From Gekko japonicus (Eukaryota): a DNA stretch of 63,238 nucleotides. Made by a program: the position numbers and the translations under genes. Positions 27,765 through 40,179 of the stretch are shown here, in pieces. How positions within the stretch are numbered: position 1 is the stretch's first letter; each line of letters begins with the position of its first letter. The notes under the pieces were generated by a model. That model was given only the letters and a program-made list of their open reading frames with translations, was not told where the DNA came from and did no database searches. The stretch covers positions 151,916 to 215,153 of the forward strand of contig NW_015160882.1 of NCBI RefSeq assembly GCF_001447785.1, read 5' to 3'.

Positions 27765-28597
27765 ATGGAAAGTCTATTGTAACCCACACTTAACACCTTA
27801 AATAGAAGTATAACAGATCCAGTTGGTCAGCCGTGTTGGTATAACAGGTTAGTCAAAAAGCATTACATGATCTTGAGTCAAATGTAATCTATATTGATGA
27901 ATTTTGAATATATGCTCTGACAAAGATATCTATAAGCAGAAACTTAACAATATAGTGTATTTCTCTCTCCCGGCATCTTTAAAGTAGACTTGCCCCTATT
28001 CTCCCTATATCATTCCCTTTCCCTTCTCCTACATTGCCACAAATGAGTCATGCCAGCCCACATTGTCTTGCTAAGTCCTGTCTCATTAGACCACAGTTCC
28101 CTGGAACAAAGAGAGCAGACTGAGAAGGAGCACAAGAAATGAAGAAAATTATACACCTGACTTGCTTTAGGACGTGAAGTAGCTGAACAAAGCACCTAAC
28201 AAGAATGTGTATAATATGTTTCCTTCAGGACTACTTTTTTAAAAAAAGAAGAACTTGTGAAAGAGGGATGGCACAGTGTTGTTGTTTTTCCTGGGAGACC
28301 TTTTATGCATTGAATTTGCCTTATTAATTGAGGTTCAGGTGATCACTACTGTAGGGATCGGGATATTTTCCTGTGGAAAGAATGTTCCTCCTTGCTGGTG
28401 ACCCTTTCCAGTATAGACCCATCCAATTTGTCTCAAGCTTCTAGTGTTCTTCTATAACAGCAGCGCAGACCTTTAAGTCTAGCTTGGTTGGATGGTAGTT
28501 CGTTCAATAATTCTTTGGTGTAGGACACCAACTGCCTTGAACAATGCTATCTCAGGTTCAGCATTCCCTAGTAGTAAAAGGGAACTAACAGTGATAA

Positions 28598-28718
28598 ATG
28601 AGAAAAAATTGTTATCTCAATTGTTATGCTCTGCTCTTGGTTTCCACTTTCTATTCAATGAGAAGAAATTGTTATCTCAAAGAAAACAATGCTCTGCTCT
28701 TGGTTTCCACTTTCTATT
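28598..28718. repeat. About 60-bp tandem duplication
   Basis: AATGAGAA(A/G)AAATTGTTATCTCAA...ATGCTCTGCTCTTGGTTTCCACTTTCTATT occurs twice. Confidence 0.9.
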
Positions 28719-30341
28719 AAGGTTCCTTATGGTGTAGGCTGTTTTGCCATTTCTACCACTACAGTTAGCCAAGCAACAACCTAAGAACGTTGGATGTTAC
28801 ACTTGGCCCCACCTACACATAGGAGTGGAACCCTTTTCATTTGTGAAATGTTGGAGATATGTCATGGCTCAAAATTTTTGGTTGGTTTATTCAGTTTCAA
28901 CTAGACAACAATAGTTAAACATATGGTGGACGTGGCAAATGGTTTGCATCTTTAACTTACTGAAACACTAAAAGATTAATTCAAGCGGCATTCTGCATCA
29001 CTTACAGTACAGTGGGACTTGCTTCTGAATAAATATACTTAGGAATGGGCTTCAAACATTATACAAGATAAGTGATAACATGAAGACGTCAACAAGCAGT
29101 ATTGATTGTTTAGAGCACACATGGGTTAAATCCTAAATCTTGGTAACTTTTTATGAGTTGTATCAGTTATCTATAAACACAGAAGGAAATAGCAATATGT
29201 AATTGTCACTTGTTTGTACTACTTTAACAGAACTGAAACAATGAATAACTGCACCACTGGCAGACATGAGATTTAGTTCTTGACAAAAAACAATTATCAG
29301 AATGACAGCCACTGACAACAAAAGACTAGAAGTCATGTTGAATTACAGAATACAGGGCTGCCAGCAAAAATATCTTCCAGGTAAATACAACCTAAGGGTT
29401 AAATAAGTAGCCCACAGTCTCTCTAAATCATACCAGGACACAACAATAAAATCTCAAGCAACAAAACACCTCTAGAACTGTAACACTCAGAGCAAGATTA
29501 AAAATTAAGCTTAATTTAACTCCAGCGGAATTAAACGGAAATAATCCTAAAAAATATAAAACAAAACAAAGCTAATGCCCCAGAATTATTATGAAATATT
29601 TTCTACTTTAGAATGAATAAAATGCTTGTTAAGGCAAGGCTATTTACATTCCAAATGTAAGGCTACTTAGTCTTTCATTTACTATAGAATTTTCAAATGG
29701 AAAAATTGAACAATTTGGGGTAACACATAAAAGGCCTCATACTGTAGACATACAATATTCAAGATTTGTTGTGCTTAAATGTAATTTTTGGACAATTAAT
29801 TAATATGCTCAAATGATAGCACATGATTAAAGACTCCAGTGTTTTCAATGTTATAAAGTCAGCTTAATATTCAAAGATTCTGGCAGTCCTACCTATTGTA
29901 ATTATGAGAGAGTTTCTGTCCAAATAATACCCTGTCTTTCATTTACTATAGAATTTGATTTCTACCTTCAACTTTTATTTTTTCTTACCTCTGATGGCAA
30001 AATTAAAGATACATGTGCCATAGTAACACAAGGTGCAGAAATTTGCAACTCCTTTTCAAAAACTGGGTATAGTTGCAAATTTTCTTATACAAAATTAAGA
30101 TATTTATACTTTTAAATTCTGTAAATATGGCAAATAGCACAATTTTCTATGTTGACTAAGTTACAAATAATGCATTTCACGTTGCTAAATCAGTAAAAGA
30201 AGTGTTGCGTTTGTTTGACTTTCCCCCAAATTTCCATTATTTTCCAAGAGTTTCCCATGGTTTCAAAATTTCCAGAAATTTTACAGCCCTAGTTCAAACA
30301 CTACATAAACCTGAATAGAAGAAAAGACAGTATCATATTTA

Positions 30342-30611
30342 AAGGTAAAGGTTTCCCTTGCTCGAAAGCTAGTCGAATCCAACTCTAGGGGGCGGTGCTC
30401 AGCTCCGCTCCGCTCCGTTTCAAAGCCGAAGAGCCAGCGCTGTCCAAAGATGTTTCCATGGTCATGTGGCCGGCATGACTAAACTCCAAGGTGCACAGAA
30501 TGCTATTACCTTCCCACCGAAGTGTTACCTATTTATCTACTTGCAATTTCTTGCTTTCAAACTGCTAGGTTGGCAGGACCTGGGGTCAGAGATGGGAGCT
30601 CACTCCATCAC
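30342..30611 (-). mobile_element. Sauria SINE, 5'-truncated
   Basis: Tail and body match the other copies. TSD TATCA(T/G)ATTTA at 30331-30341 and 30612-30622. Confidence 0.88.
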
Positions 30612-33342
30612 TATCAGATTTAGGATTCCCCTAAAGGTGCACAAAGCTATTTGAACAAGACATGTTGATTTCATCAGGTGCTCACATGCAGCTTTCCAGC
30701 ACATCCTAAAGCAATAATGGTATCATCATGTTATCAGTAACCAAACCTAATTACGAACTTGGCCCTAATATGGATCAAAAAGCCCAATGGTGCCAAGTGC
30801 AAAATGAGACTTTTTCTACAGACCTGGGAAGCCCCTAGGTTTGCATGAACAAAAGAGAAATTTTAGGAAGCCTGGGGGGAGAGGGAGGATTTAACTTTCC
30901 CTCAAACAGATAAGCCTGGGGTATGGGTTTTTTTAAAAAACTTTCCCTCAAATCGATAAGTGCTGTCTGCCTTTACACAGTCAATGCCAAGGAAAGAGAC
31001 CTCATGTTCCTTCCTTCTCAAGCTGTGCCTCCACCTTCAACCCCAGGAGAGAAAGCAGTGGCAGTCAGGAGGAGCATATAGCAGTGGCTCTACTGCTGTT
31101 ATCTCTTTCTTCCCCTTCCCGGAAGAGGTGGAGATGGAAGTAGCAGAGGTAGAGACCAGAAGGAGGAGGCAGCCATCCATGACAGCTCCCTTCCCTCTCC
31201 TGCAAGTTCCTCAGTAGAGGGACCAGGAAAGGAAAGATGTAGCAGGGAGGGCAGGTGAGCTATTCAGGGGAAGCACTGGAATTGCAAGCAAGCAGGCCTG
31301 CAAGCCTGGCAGGGAAGAAAGGAGATGGCAGTGAGAAGGGTGAGAGAGGTGCCGCCTCTCAGTCAGCCCAGAAAGAGGTGGCAGCAGGGGGCAGGAAGAG
31401 AGTGAAAGGGCTGGCGAGGAACTGGGGAAGCAAGATACACGGATAGCATCACCTAGGATAGCATCACCTTTCAAGCTAATAGTAGTAATTCCTGTCTTAT
31501 GGTAAAACAAACATCACCAAGAGAACATCCAGATAAAAATAAGCAATGTTTTCCCTTATCATATACTGGGCATAGCCCAGCCAACAGTATACACTCCCTC
31601 AAAATGATATCCATAGGAAAAAGTTAAGCACATCCTTAATTCTTCCACACTGAAAATCAATCCCACTTAAACGCTTAGCTATGGCTGGATAGTATCCTTA
31701 TTAACTTGTATTTCACTGATAACATTTAACGGTTTTCCCAATAGCAACTTAATCCATTTTCTCTTTCACATAACCTCACTGATAAATATCACCAATAGAT
31801 GTTTAATTCAAGTTAGAGTTCTAGTCCTTACATTAATTTTGTTGTGTTGCCCAAACTCAGTTTTTACAAATTATGAAATTCTTATATCTTGAACAGAAAT
31901 CCAAGCATGAGCTAAGATTTTCATCAGCTGGGACAGGAATGCTGGATCATAAACATTCATTTACTCCATTTATTTGCAATATTTAACATTTGCTACAGAT
32001 TTACCCACTGCTTCATGTATTGCAGCAACAATACAACCAATATTTTTCCATTTAAAAAAATCCAAAGTATTTGTGGTGCTTGAATTTTAAATCACAGGCA
32101 TCTAGTCCAATCACCCAAAATGTGTAGTGTTGAAAACATTTATAGGAATTGTTTTAACAAGCAGTTTTTGCTTATTCCACATCAACATATTACATATGTT
32201 TGGATTAGCTGTACACTGGTACATGAATCACGTCTGCAGTGATACAGTTCAAATGGCATTGGTACCTGTCCCTGGCACCTACAATTATAAGGACAGCAAC
32301 TGTATTTTCTTGTTCAGCTGTATCCCACAATGAACCTCTCCTTTGTTTACTGTCAAACACCAGCACAGCAGAGTCAAATACAGCATGACAAGATACCTCA
32401 CATTTTCTGAAGATGATGGGGCATAAAAACTTGAACAGCACTGAATGATATAAATCCAATTATGTTTTCAGCATATATTAATCTTTAGAGATTAGTTTAC
32501 ACTAACAGCAAGTTTGTGTATGGCCTTGCATATTTACAATTACCATTGCAGCCATGATGTTATCTCAAGCACGATGGACAGAAGCCCCCTCCCTTTCTAG
32601 ATTTTTATGTAATCATTTGGGTTAATGGATAATAAAGTTCCTCAGGACATACAAGGAACTCATGTTTTTCTGGCATGGGACTGAAAAGGATCCTCCCAGT
32701 CTAGCAGAGAGGGGATAGAACTTTAAGAGGAGCAGGTTGGATTTTGCCTTTATGGCTTTTGCAGGGCAGAGAACCAACTTTAACCAGATGCTGGGAAATC
32801 AGTGAATTGATGTCTCAAGTACTTTTAATTGGTAAATACCTACTAGGGAATAGTTAGCACAGCACAGGAAAAAGCTCAGTTTGTGCATTGGTATCAACAT
32901 GGCAAAGAGCAAGTCCAGTTAGTTGCTTGAAAAAATGGTACCATGATGGTACCAATCTGAACCACACACAGCTTCCATTTACCAATTAAAGTACTCAGAA
33001 GACTGAGTCATAGATCTCCCACCACCTTGTCTAGTTTGGCACCAATTTTGATACTGCTGTAGAACCGAATCTGTTTGTCTCTTCCCTCCTTTATCCCAAA
33101 ATACCACCTCAATCTGCACATTTGTAAAACAGACTAAAACATTGCAGATCTTCTCATTGTAGATCTTCACTTCTAAAGAAATCTCATTCCATAAAGGCAC
33201 CCCACTATCTGGGAAAAGGTTGAAAACAAATTTGGGACTCCTCATTTAAAGGAGGAGCCATCCTGAACCAGAAGGAAAGGCAGGGAATAAATATTTTAAT
33301 AAATAAATAACCTGCCATATCCACATAGCACTAAGATATGGG

Positions 33343-33530
33343 ATGGGGTTGTGACACAGTGGTAGAACATCTGCTTTGCATGCAGAATGTCTCAGATACA
33401 ATCTCCAGCACCTTCCATTTAAAAGGATCAGGTAATAGGTGATGTGAGAGACCTCTGCCTGAGACCCTGAGAAGTCATTGCCCATCAGAGAAGACAGAAC
33501 TGACCTTGGTAGACCAATGATCAGCTCAAG
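33343..33530 (+). mobile_element. tRNA(Ala)-derived SINE
   Basis: GGGGTTGTGACACAGTGGTAGAACATCTGCTTTGCATGCAGAATGTC is a degenerate tRNA-Ala head, followed by a SINE body. Confidence 0.7.
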
Positions 33531-35580
33531 GGCCACACGTAAACAACCTGGCTACATGTTGACTTACTGTGCAGGGAGGGAGAATGAACAGAGGCACACT
33601 GGCTCCACCCCACCTCACTTCCATGCAATCGCACAAGGTGAACATGTGGAGGAAGTGCCAATGCATGCCCTCTTCCTTCAATCAGCAAGGTTTGGAAAGC
33701 AGCACTGCTAATCACAGGGAGGGGGTTATGTGCAGACACTTCCTCCATGTGTTTACACCATGCGAACATCTCTGTGATATGAGCAGACAGGGCCAGTGAG
33801 CTCATGCCCACTCTTCCTGTGTGGTGAGTCACTGTGTGTACAAGTTGTCTACACAGGGCTACCACATAAGGCTGCTTCATGTGTTCATCTGTAGCAAAAT
33901 AATTCTTCGCTGAATACGGAAGCACATAAAAATTTACCTATGATAGCTTTCCCCAGATCGGTGTTCTTCAGAGGCAGAATAACATCTCTGAACATATAGG
34001 GTTCTTAATCGCCAAATAAATATCTCTCAGGTTTTTGCCCTCTGTGATTTCATCCTGCTACAGAGAGCCCTTGTGTGTTTTTCTTCTCTTAAAATACAAT
34101 ACATTTTCAGGACAACATTTTTGATTTATCAGAAGTAAGAATATAAAGTTGTCTGCTTATTCCTGGTACCAACATGTTAGCAGACTGCTACAATAGAGGT
34201 ATACCACTCAACAGTCTACTTATGGCTATGATCCTGCTAGAATTATTCACACACTTAAAATTGGTCTTGAATCAAGAGTACTTAAAACATCATAAAAATG
34301 CTGAGTTTTGGATATATTGTGGATTCTTGCTGCATATCACGGCCAATCAACCTGAAAGGACAGACTCACACATAGAACACTGAATACATTGCATGGAGTA
34401 GCACAAAGCATAATACAAACTGACAAGTTCTTCAAGTGCTGGAATAAACACCAAGAGACCTAAATTTTTGGAGGGGAGTTGTTCTTTGTATTTTAAAATA
34501 AAAAGTGCAAATACTGCAGCTCATAGTAAGCATCCATTACTATTAGAATTCACATAACCTATGTAATTATGTTCCGAGGAGACCAATAATAGTTGGGAAA
34601 TTCAAGTCCTAGAAATCTGTGACTTTTTCAGCAAAGACATGTTGAGCAACCAGGATTTTTTGTCTACAGTTAATTAAATTCCTCCCTGCAGGAAGCAGGG
34701 GATGGTGAGAAGGCAGGCGAATGAAGGGGTGGGGAAAAGTAGTTGTATAATGGCCATTAAGATGAACAATTAATATAAACATTTAAATTATGCCTGATCC
34801 ATGTTGTTGTTTTTACAAATTCTGTTGAATCCCTTTCTTTGATGGAACACTGAGACTGTGCTGCCAATTTAGATCTCAGGGATGAATTCAGGCCCCAAAC
34901 CTACTTGCTTGCAACCATAACTATCAAAGCACACTAGCTGTCCCCTCACAACAATCTCATACTACTGCCAGAGGACAACACGATTCATGAACAGCTTCAT
35001 TTGGGAAATTTTTGCTGAAGCTAATGGAAGCTGTGCAAGTGTGGTCTTGCCAGCTTTTACCTGTTACAAAACAGTTTGCACTCAAGAGGCTCCTAACTAA
35101 TTGTGCCAAATCCTTTTCATAACACTTATATAAGTAGACTACCGGAATACTTGTAGGAACTTTCCCTTAACTCTGGTTTTGTTTTCCCCCAAAACTATTT
35201 TTCCTATAACACACAATAGATAGTACTGATGGATCATTTATAGGCTTATATAACTCTTTTCTTCCCTATATATCACTTTTTGCCTACATATCCCCCTTCC
35301 TATTATTTTTTTTACCATACCCTGAAGGTATAACAGCCTATGACCTTATCTACAGGGCTGTTACCTTCTTCTCTCTCTTAAGGATGAATCCTTGCCAGTC
35401 TACAAAAACTAATTTTTCACCACTGTGTACAAGGTTAAAGTTACATTTCCCTTCTCCTGTCAACTACAGAATGTAGACACCTGACAGCAGGAGCCATTCT
35501 TGAGCATTGGAAAAGCATGAAGTGCTACTTGTGAACCAAGCCAACAGATAAAATATACTGAATAAATACCAGAAACTTAC

Positions 35581-35665
35581 ATAGTCATGAAAGGCTTTAG
35601 CTTCACTTGAGTGTTCACACGTTTCACGTCTTTCCGGAGCTGCACAATAGAGATCCCAAAAAACA
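35581..35665 (-). CDS. SSBP2: SSBP2 coding exon 4 (85 bp; (C)[28 protein letters not shown])
   Basis: Minus strand reads tttAG|TGTT...GACTAT|GTAAGT, inside ORF 35464..35706. ERRETCEH is the SSBP2 version as I recall it (SSBP3 ERRDTCEH, SSBP4 DRREACEH). Confidence 0.95.
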
Positions 35666-36889
35666 CTAAAAGTAAAAAAAGAAGAAGAGGAGATTGTGAC
35701 TTGCATTTTACAAGTACTCTAAATACACGAATCCCACAGTACTCAAACTATCGCATTATATCTTATGATCACTGCAGCACTTATCTCCTCATCCTTTTTA
35801 TCAGTATGTTGTGCAGCATCAGCACTGCAGCACATCACAGCTGGCACTGTACAAATATTTGGAATAGTGAAAGCTAAACTTACTTCTGCACATACTAAAG
35901 TTTACATGCAGACCTTGATTATATTAGTTCACTGTATGGAGAATAATCATATTTTCTTTGCTTAACTCAACAGCACAAGCAATCCAAAAGCTGATGAAGA
36001 ATATCAGATTCTGAAAAGAAATCAAGCCTGCATGATCCATTTTAGTCACCCATTATTAATAAAAGCAAACATCCAAGACGTAGTGGCTGAATACTGCTTA
36101 GATGGACAGCGTGTGTCTAAACAGGTTCAGAAAGTGTCTGAAGTATTTTACAAATCAAACAGCTAAAATCCAAACCTCCTAGTTGTAGCACCTGTTCTCC
36201 CCTGCAAGTCTTGCAAAGGGGAGTAAACAGGAGAAGTAAGGAGGAGGGAACTGATGGAACAGAATAAATATTCATTTATTAAGAAAAAAATATTAAAGTA
36301 AGCAAATTAAAATTTTGAATTAAAGTCTCTTTTTAACATGCAGAAGACTATGTAAACGAAGCTGAGTTGTATGTATTTAATATAATTTATTCTTCATTCA
36401 CCTGGAGATAATTTCCCTAAGTCTAAAAAGTGTTTGCATTTTTTTATGGTCAAGCAGTATAGACAAGGGGGCACACTAGTTTATGAACTACATATTTATT
36501 TCTATAGGCCTCCTACTGATGACACCGGTGTGTGGATGCAATCCTGGTCCAGTGAGTCTTACGAATCTTCTTCATAAGTTTAAGTTGACTGTTCTACTAG
36601 GATTTTTGCATGCTCCCCTGTGTTCATTAACAACATTCTGAACGTCTGACTGGAGATGCTCAAAGGTGCACTCTGCAGTAGTGTGCACTTCTCTCATTCA
36701 TTTACACAGCAGTAACAGCCTTAAAGGGATGGGTGCACAAGATCTGCCCCTCAATTTAGCATAGACACTACTGTGTATATACACACCCTCTGCGGGTTAG
36801 AAACCCTGAGGACCAGATCAGTTCTTAAAATAGGCCACCTGAGTTGTTTATTCCATGTGAAACAATGGTATTACTAAGAAGCATGTAGG

Positions 36890-37850
36890 TGAGTAAACAA
36901 AGACTTGATCCATACAAAATGGAAGCACTAAGGTTTGGAAACAAGGCTTATGTAAGAACAAGTGCATGGCTTGTTCTAGGTGGGAGTCACTCCCCCTGAA
37001 GGAATGGGTCACAGTTTGGAGGTTCTCTTTGATGCCACACTGTACCTAGAAAGTCAAATTGCAGAAGTCATTAGGAATCTATTTTTTCAACTTCTCCAGC
37101 TGCAGCCATTCCTGCAGAAAGCAGGTCTAGCTATGGTCATGCATTTCTTGGAAACACAGAGATTATATTACTGCAGCACTTTCGACATGGCGCTGCCCTG
37201 GAAGACTGTTCAGAAGATTCGGCTAGCACCAAGGATAGCAGCTAGGGTCCCTACTGAATCCTTTCAAAGTGAACACATTAACATAAGTTCTTCTACAGCT
37301 ACACTGGCTTCTGGTTTACATCTAGTCTCAGTTCAAGGTTGCTGGCATGGATCTTAGTACCCGAGAGGCTGCTTTCTCCTGTATCAACCTGTCTGGGCAC
37401 TGAGACCAATGGATGAGGCCTTCCTGCCAGAGTCTGGATTACTTGAGGCAAGACTGGTCCACAGGAAGAAGAAGAGGAGGAGATTGGATTTATACCCCGC
37501 CCTTCACTACCGAAAGGTGTCTCAGAGCGGCTTACAAACTCCTTTCCCTCCCCCTCCCCACAACAGACACCCTGTGAGGTAGGTGGGGCTGAAAGAGCTC
37601 TTGACAGAAACTGCTCTTTTTCAAGAACAGCTCTTATCAGAACTACGGCTTGCCCAAGGCCATCCAGCCAGGTGCAAGTGGAGGAGTGGGGAATCAAACC
37701 CAGTTCTCCCAGATTAGAGTACGCACACTGGATGTTGATTAGCTGACTCCCCACCTGTGGAACTCCTCCCCCACAGGAGTTCAGGCTGATGTCCTTACTG
37801 CCGGCCCTCTAGAGAAAACCCAAGACATTTCTGCTCTGCACCGACTATTG
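36890..37850 (+). mobile_element. Degenerate L2-type LINE ORF2 C-terminal fragment, interrupted by a SINE
   Basis: ORF 36980..37357 (SLEVLFDATL...MVMHFLETQRLYYC...LPWKTVQKIRL..RIAARV) resembles the L2 post-RT region. Confidence 0.65.
37465..37730 (-). mobile_element. Squam3-like SINE
   Basis: Reverse (TCT)n-type tail and CORE-like body; closely matches the inverse of 50858-51110. Confidence 0.85.
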
Positions 37851-37983
37851 GGTAACGCCTTGTTCTTGCTCCATGTATATATACATGGACAATTTTAGGA
37901 TGGTATCACTTTCCTCTGGTTAGACTTCACTCGGAGTATCACGTTCAGTTTTGGGCATCACAGTTTAAGGAGGATGTTGACAA

Positions 37984-38700
37984 TAGGGATGGGCATGAAC
38001 CAGGTGACGAACTAAAGTCATGAATTTCGGCCTGTTCAGGTTTTGTGAAACAAAGTTCATAAACTGAAGAACTGAGAAGAACCACCACGAATTTTGGTGC
38101 AATTTGCAGTGGCTCATGAGAGTTCATGAAGAGCAGAAAGCCGGGGTTTGCTGAACTCCCCACCACTCAGCTGTTTTGTTTAAAAGGCTTGGAGCCATTT
38201 AAACCACCACTGCTTTCTGCTCCCTGTGGCTTTCCACTGGGAGCAGAAAAAAGTAGTTTAAATGGCCCTGCTTTCTGCTCCTCATGAAAAGATGCAGGGA
38301 GCAGAAAGGAAGGGGGAAAGTGCCTCCCAGGGGCATTTCACCCCCTCCTTTCTGCTGGCTACAGTGCCCTGTGGGCAATGTTCCCTCTAAGCTGTGGAGT
38401 CTTGTGAGCAGAAATGCTACTTTGTGAGCTGCTGGCATTAAAGTTGTGAGCAAACAATTTGGCTACTGCATAAATCAGTTTGCTCTGGAGCCCTCCTTCC
38501 TGAGCGAAAGCAAAAATGTGTGAGCTGGTGGCTAAAAAACTGAGCTAACTCACACTAACTCAGCTTAGAGGGAACACTGCTTGTGGGAGGCACTTCACTC
38601 CTTCCTTTTTGCTGGCCAGGGGGAGGCACTTCATCCCCATATTTAACCCTCTGATTTTTCTCCCCCTCCCTCAAAGCAGTGGGCAGCAAAAATGAAGGGT
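37984..38700. mobile_element. hAT-like element (TAGGGATGGGC end) inserted in CR1
   Basis: Begins TAGGGATGGGCATGAACCAG; a related start occurs at about 51599. Confidence 0.55.
38376..38579. mobile_element. hAT MITE, second copy, nested in the hAT-like element
   Basis: TIRs CAATGTTCCCTCTAAGCTG / CAGCTTAGAGGGAACACTG; 8-bp TSD CCTGTGGG/CTTGTGGG. Confidence 0.9.
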
Positions 38701-39783
38701 TAAATGGAAAGGAGACAACTGAGAGGTGATATGATAGCCATCTTTAAGTATTTGAAGGGTTGTCATATAGAGGAGTTGTTTTCCGTTTTCCCAGAAAGTT
38801 AGATCAATGGATCTAACCAATGGATTGAAATTAAATCAAAAATTGTTTTTGGCTAAACATTAGGAAGAACTTCCTAACAGTTAGGGCAGTTCCTCAATGG
38901 ACCAGGCTTCCTCAGGAGGTGTTGGACCCTCTTTCTTTGGAGGTTTTTAAGCAGAGGCTAGATGGCCATCTGACAGCGATGCAAATTCTGTGAATTTAGG
39001 CAGCTCATGAGAGAGAGAGAGTGCAAGAAGGGATGAGCCAGTACCCTGTTCGCATGGCCCTTTCTTACATGCCCAGAGTAATGCTGATTACCACTATAAG
39101 ATCAGGAAGGAATTTTCCTCCAGGCCGAATTGGCCAGGGATCCTGGAGACTGTTTGCCTTCCTCTTGGCCATGGGGAAGCAGAGGGGAAAGGTAGTTGTC
39201 CAACCCCCTGTACAATGCAGGAAATTCACTAGACGTCCCTTGAGGTCCCTTCCAATTCTATGTTTCTATGGTTGTTTTTATACTGATGTTTAATATTTGA
39301 TTTTTTAAACTTTTTTGTCATCTCCATGGGGGGCCTCCAGAATGGGTTGAAAGGCAGCATATAAATATCAGACTTTATAACATATAGGTAGTTTTTCCAT
39401 AGGGGTAAGGATCAAGTTTGTTTTTCCCTCCTTGTATATTACGGCCTTTCCACAGGACCTGTGGTAAACACCTATCTGCCAAATAAAGCTATCTTTTGTA
39501 TATATCTTTCTAAGTCTCTTAGATAAGGGTGGAAATACACCATGTTTTGAAAACCTTTCCCCCCCCCCAAACAGAAGCCAAGAAGAATAATTGAAAAGCA
39601 TATAACTATTTTATATGTTTTCTTTACTACACAACTAGCTTGTTTTGTTCTCCTTTGAATGCTGTTTACAGCTAAAAAAAAATTCCCAGGAGACACCACA
39701 TATATTTCAGTCATTTCTGTACAAAGTTAATCTGATGTTTGTCAGGCTTAATACTTTAATGAAAATTGAAAGCAAATACTTAC

Positions 39784-39845
39784 CACCACCAAGAATGTAA
39801 GAATCCTGGGGGTTCGCCCAATGTGATGTTCTTTTCCCATCTTAT
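39784..39845 (-). CDS. SSBP2: SSBP2 coding exon 3 (62 bp; IRWEKNITLGEPPGFLHSWW(C))
   Basis: Minus strand reads ttttAG|ATAAGATGG...TGGTG|GTAAGT, with canonical splice sites and the LUFS-domain peptide. Phase is compatible with the flanking exons. Confidence 0.96.
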
Positions 39846-40179
39846 CTAAAACCATAAAAAGTGATAAAACTTTTTTTCATTTAACAAAGGGACATAAATA
39901 AAAAAGCACACTCCCACCCATCTCCCCATACTATCCACTGATTTTTCTCCATCCCTTTTGCAGCGATTGCTCTTAAGATTGTAAAAAATCATAAGGATGT
40001 AAGAGGTCCTCCACTACTTTAATCCAAAGGCTCATCCAGCCCAGCAGGCCACTATTAACAGTGACCAGGCACATTCTTCTGGGAACCTTACAAGCAGATT
40101 CTGAAGCTAACAGTCCTTCCCCATTTGGCATCAGCATCTGAGACAAAGTGGTATAGTGGACTTCAGAAGTGCCACACAG

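Larger units (their letters stand above)
37900..39270 (+). mobile_element. CR1 LINE 3' fragment split by a hAT-like insertion
   Basis: CAGTTTTGGGCATCACAGTTTAAGGAGGATGTTGACAA (QFWA..FK.DVD) before 37984, and GGTGATATGATAGCCATCTTTAAGTATTTGAAGGG (GDMIAIFKYLKG) after about 38710. Ends in ATTCTATGTTTCTATG. Confidence 0.8.

Noticed and set aside
33343-33415. tRNA-Ala gene
   Set aside because: The cloverleaf and B-box are degenerate and it continues into a SINE body.
33531-33860. Possible Harbinger-type MITE
   Set aside because: Terminal inverted match is weak and no clear TSD is present.
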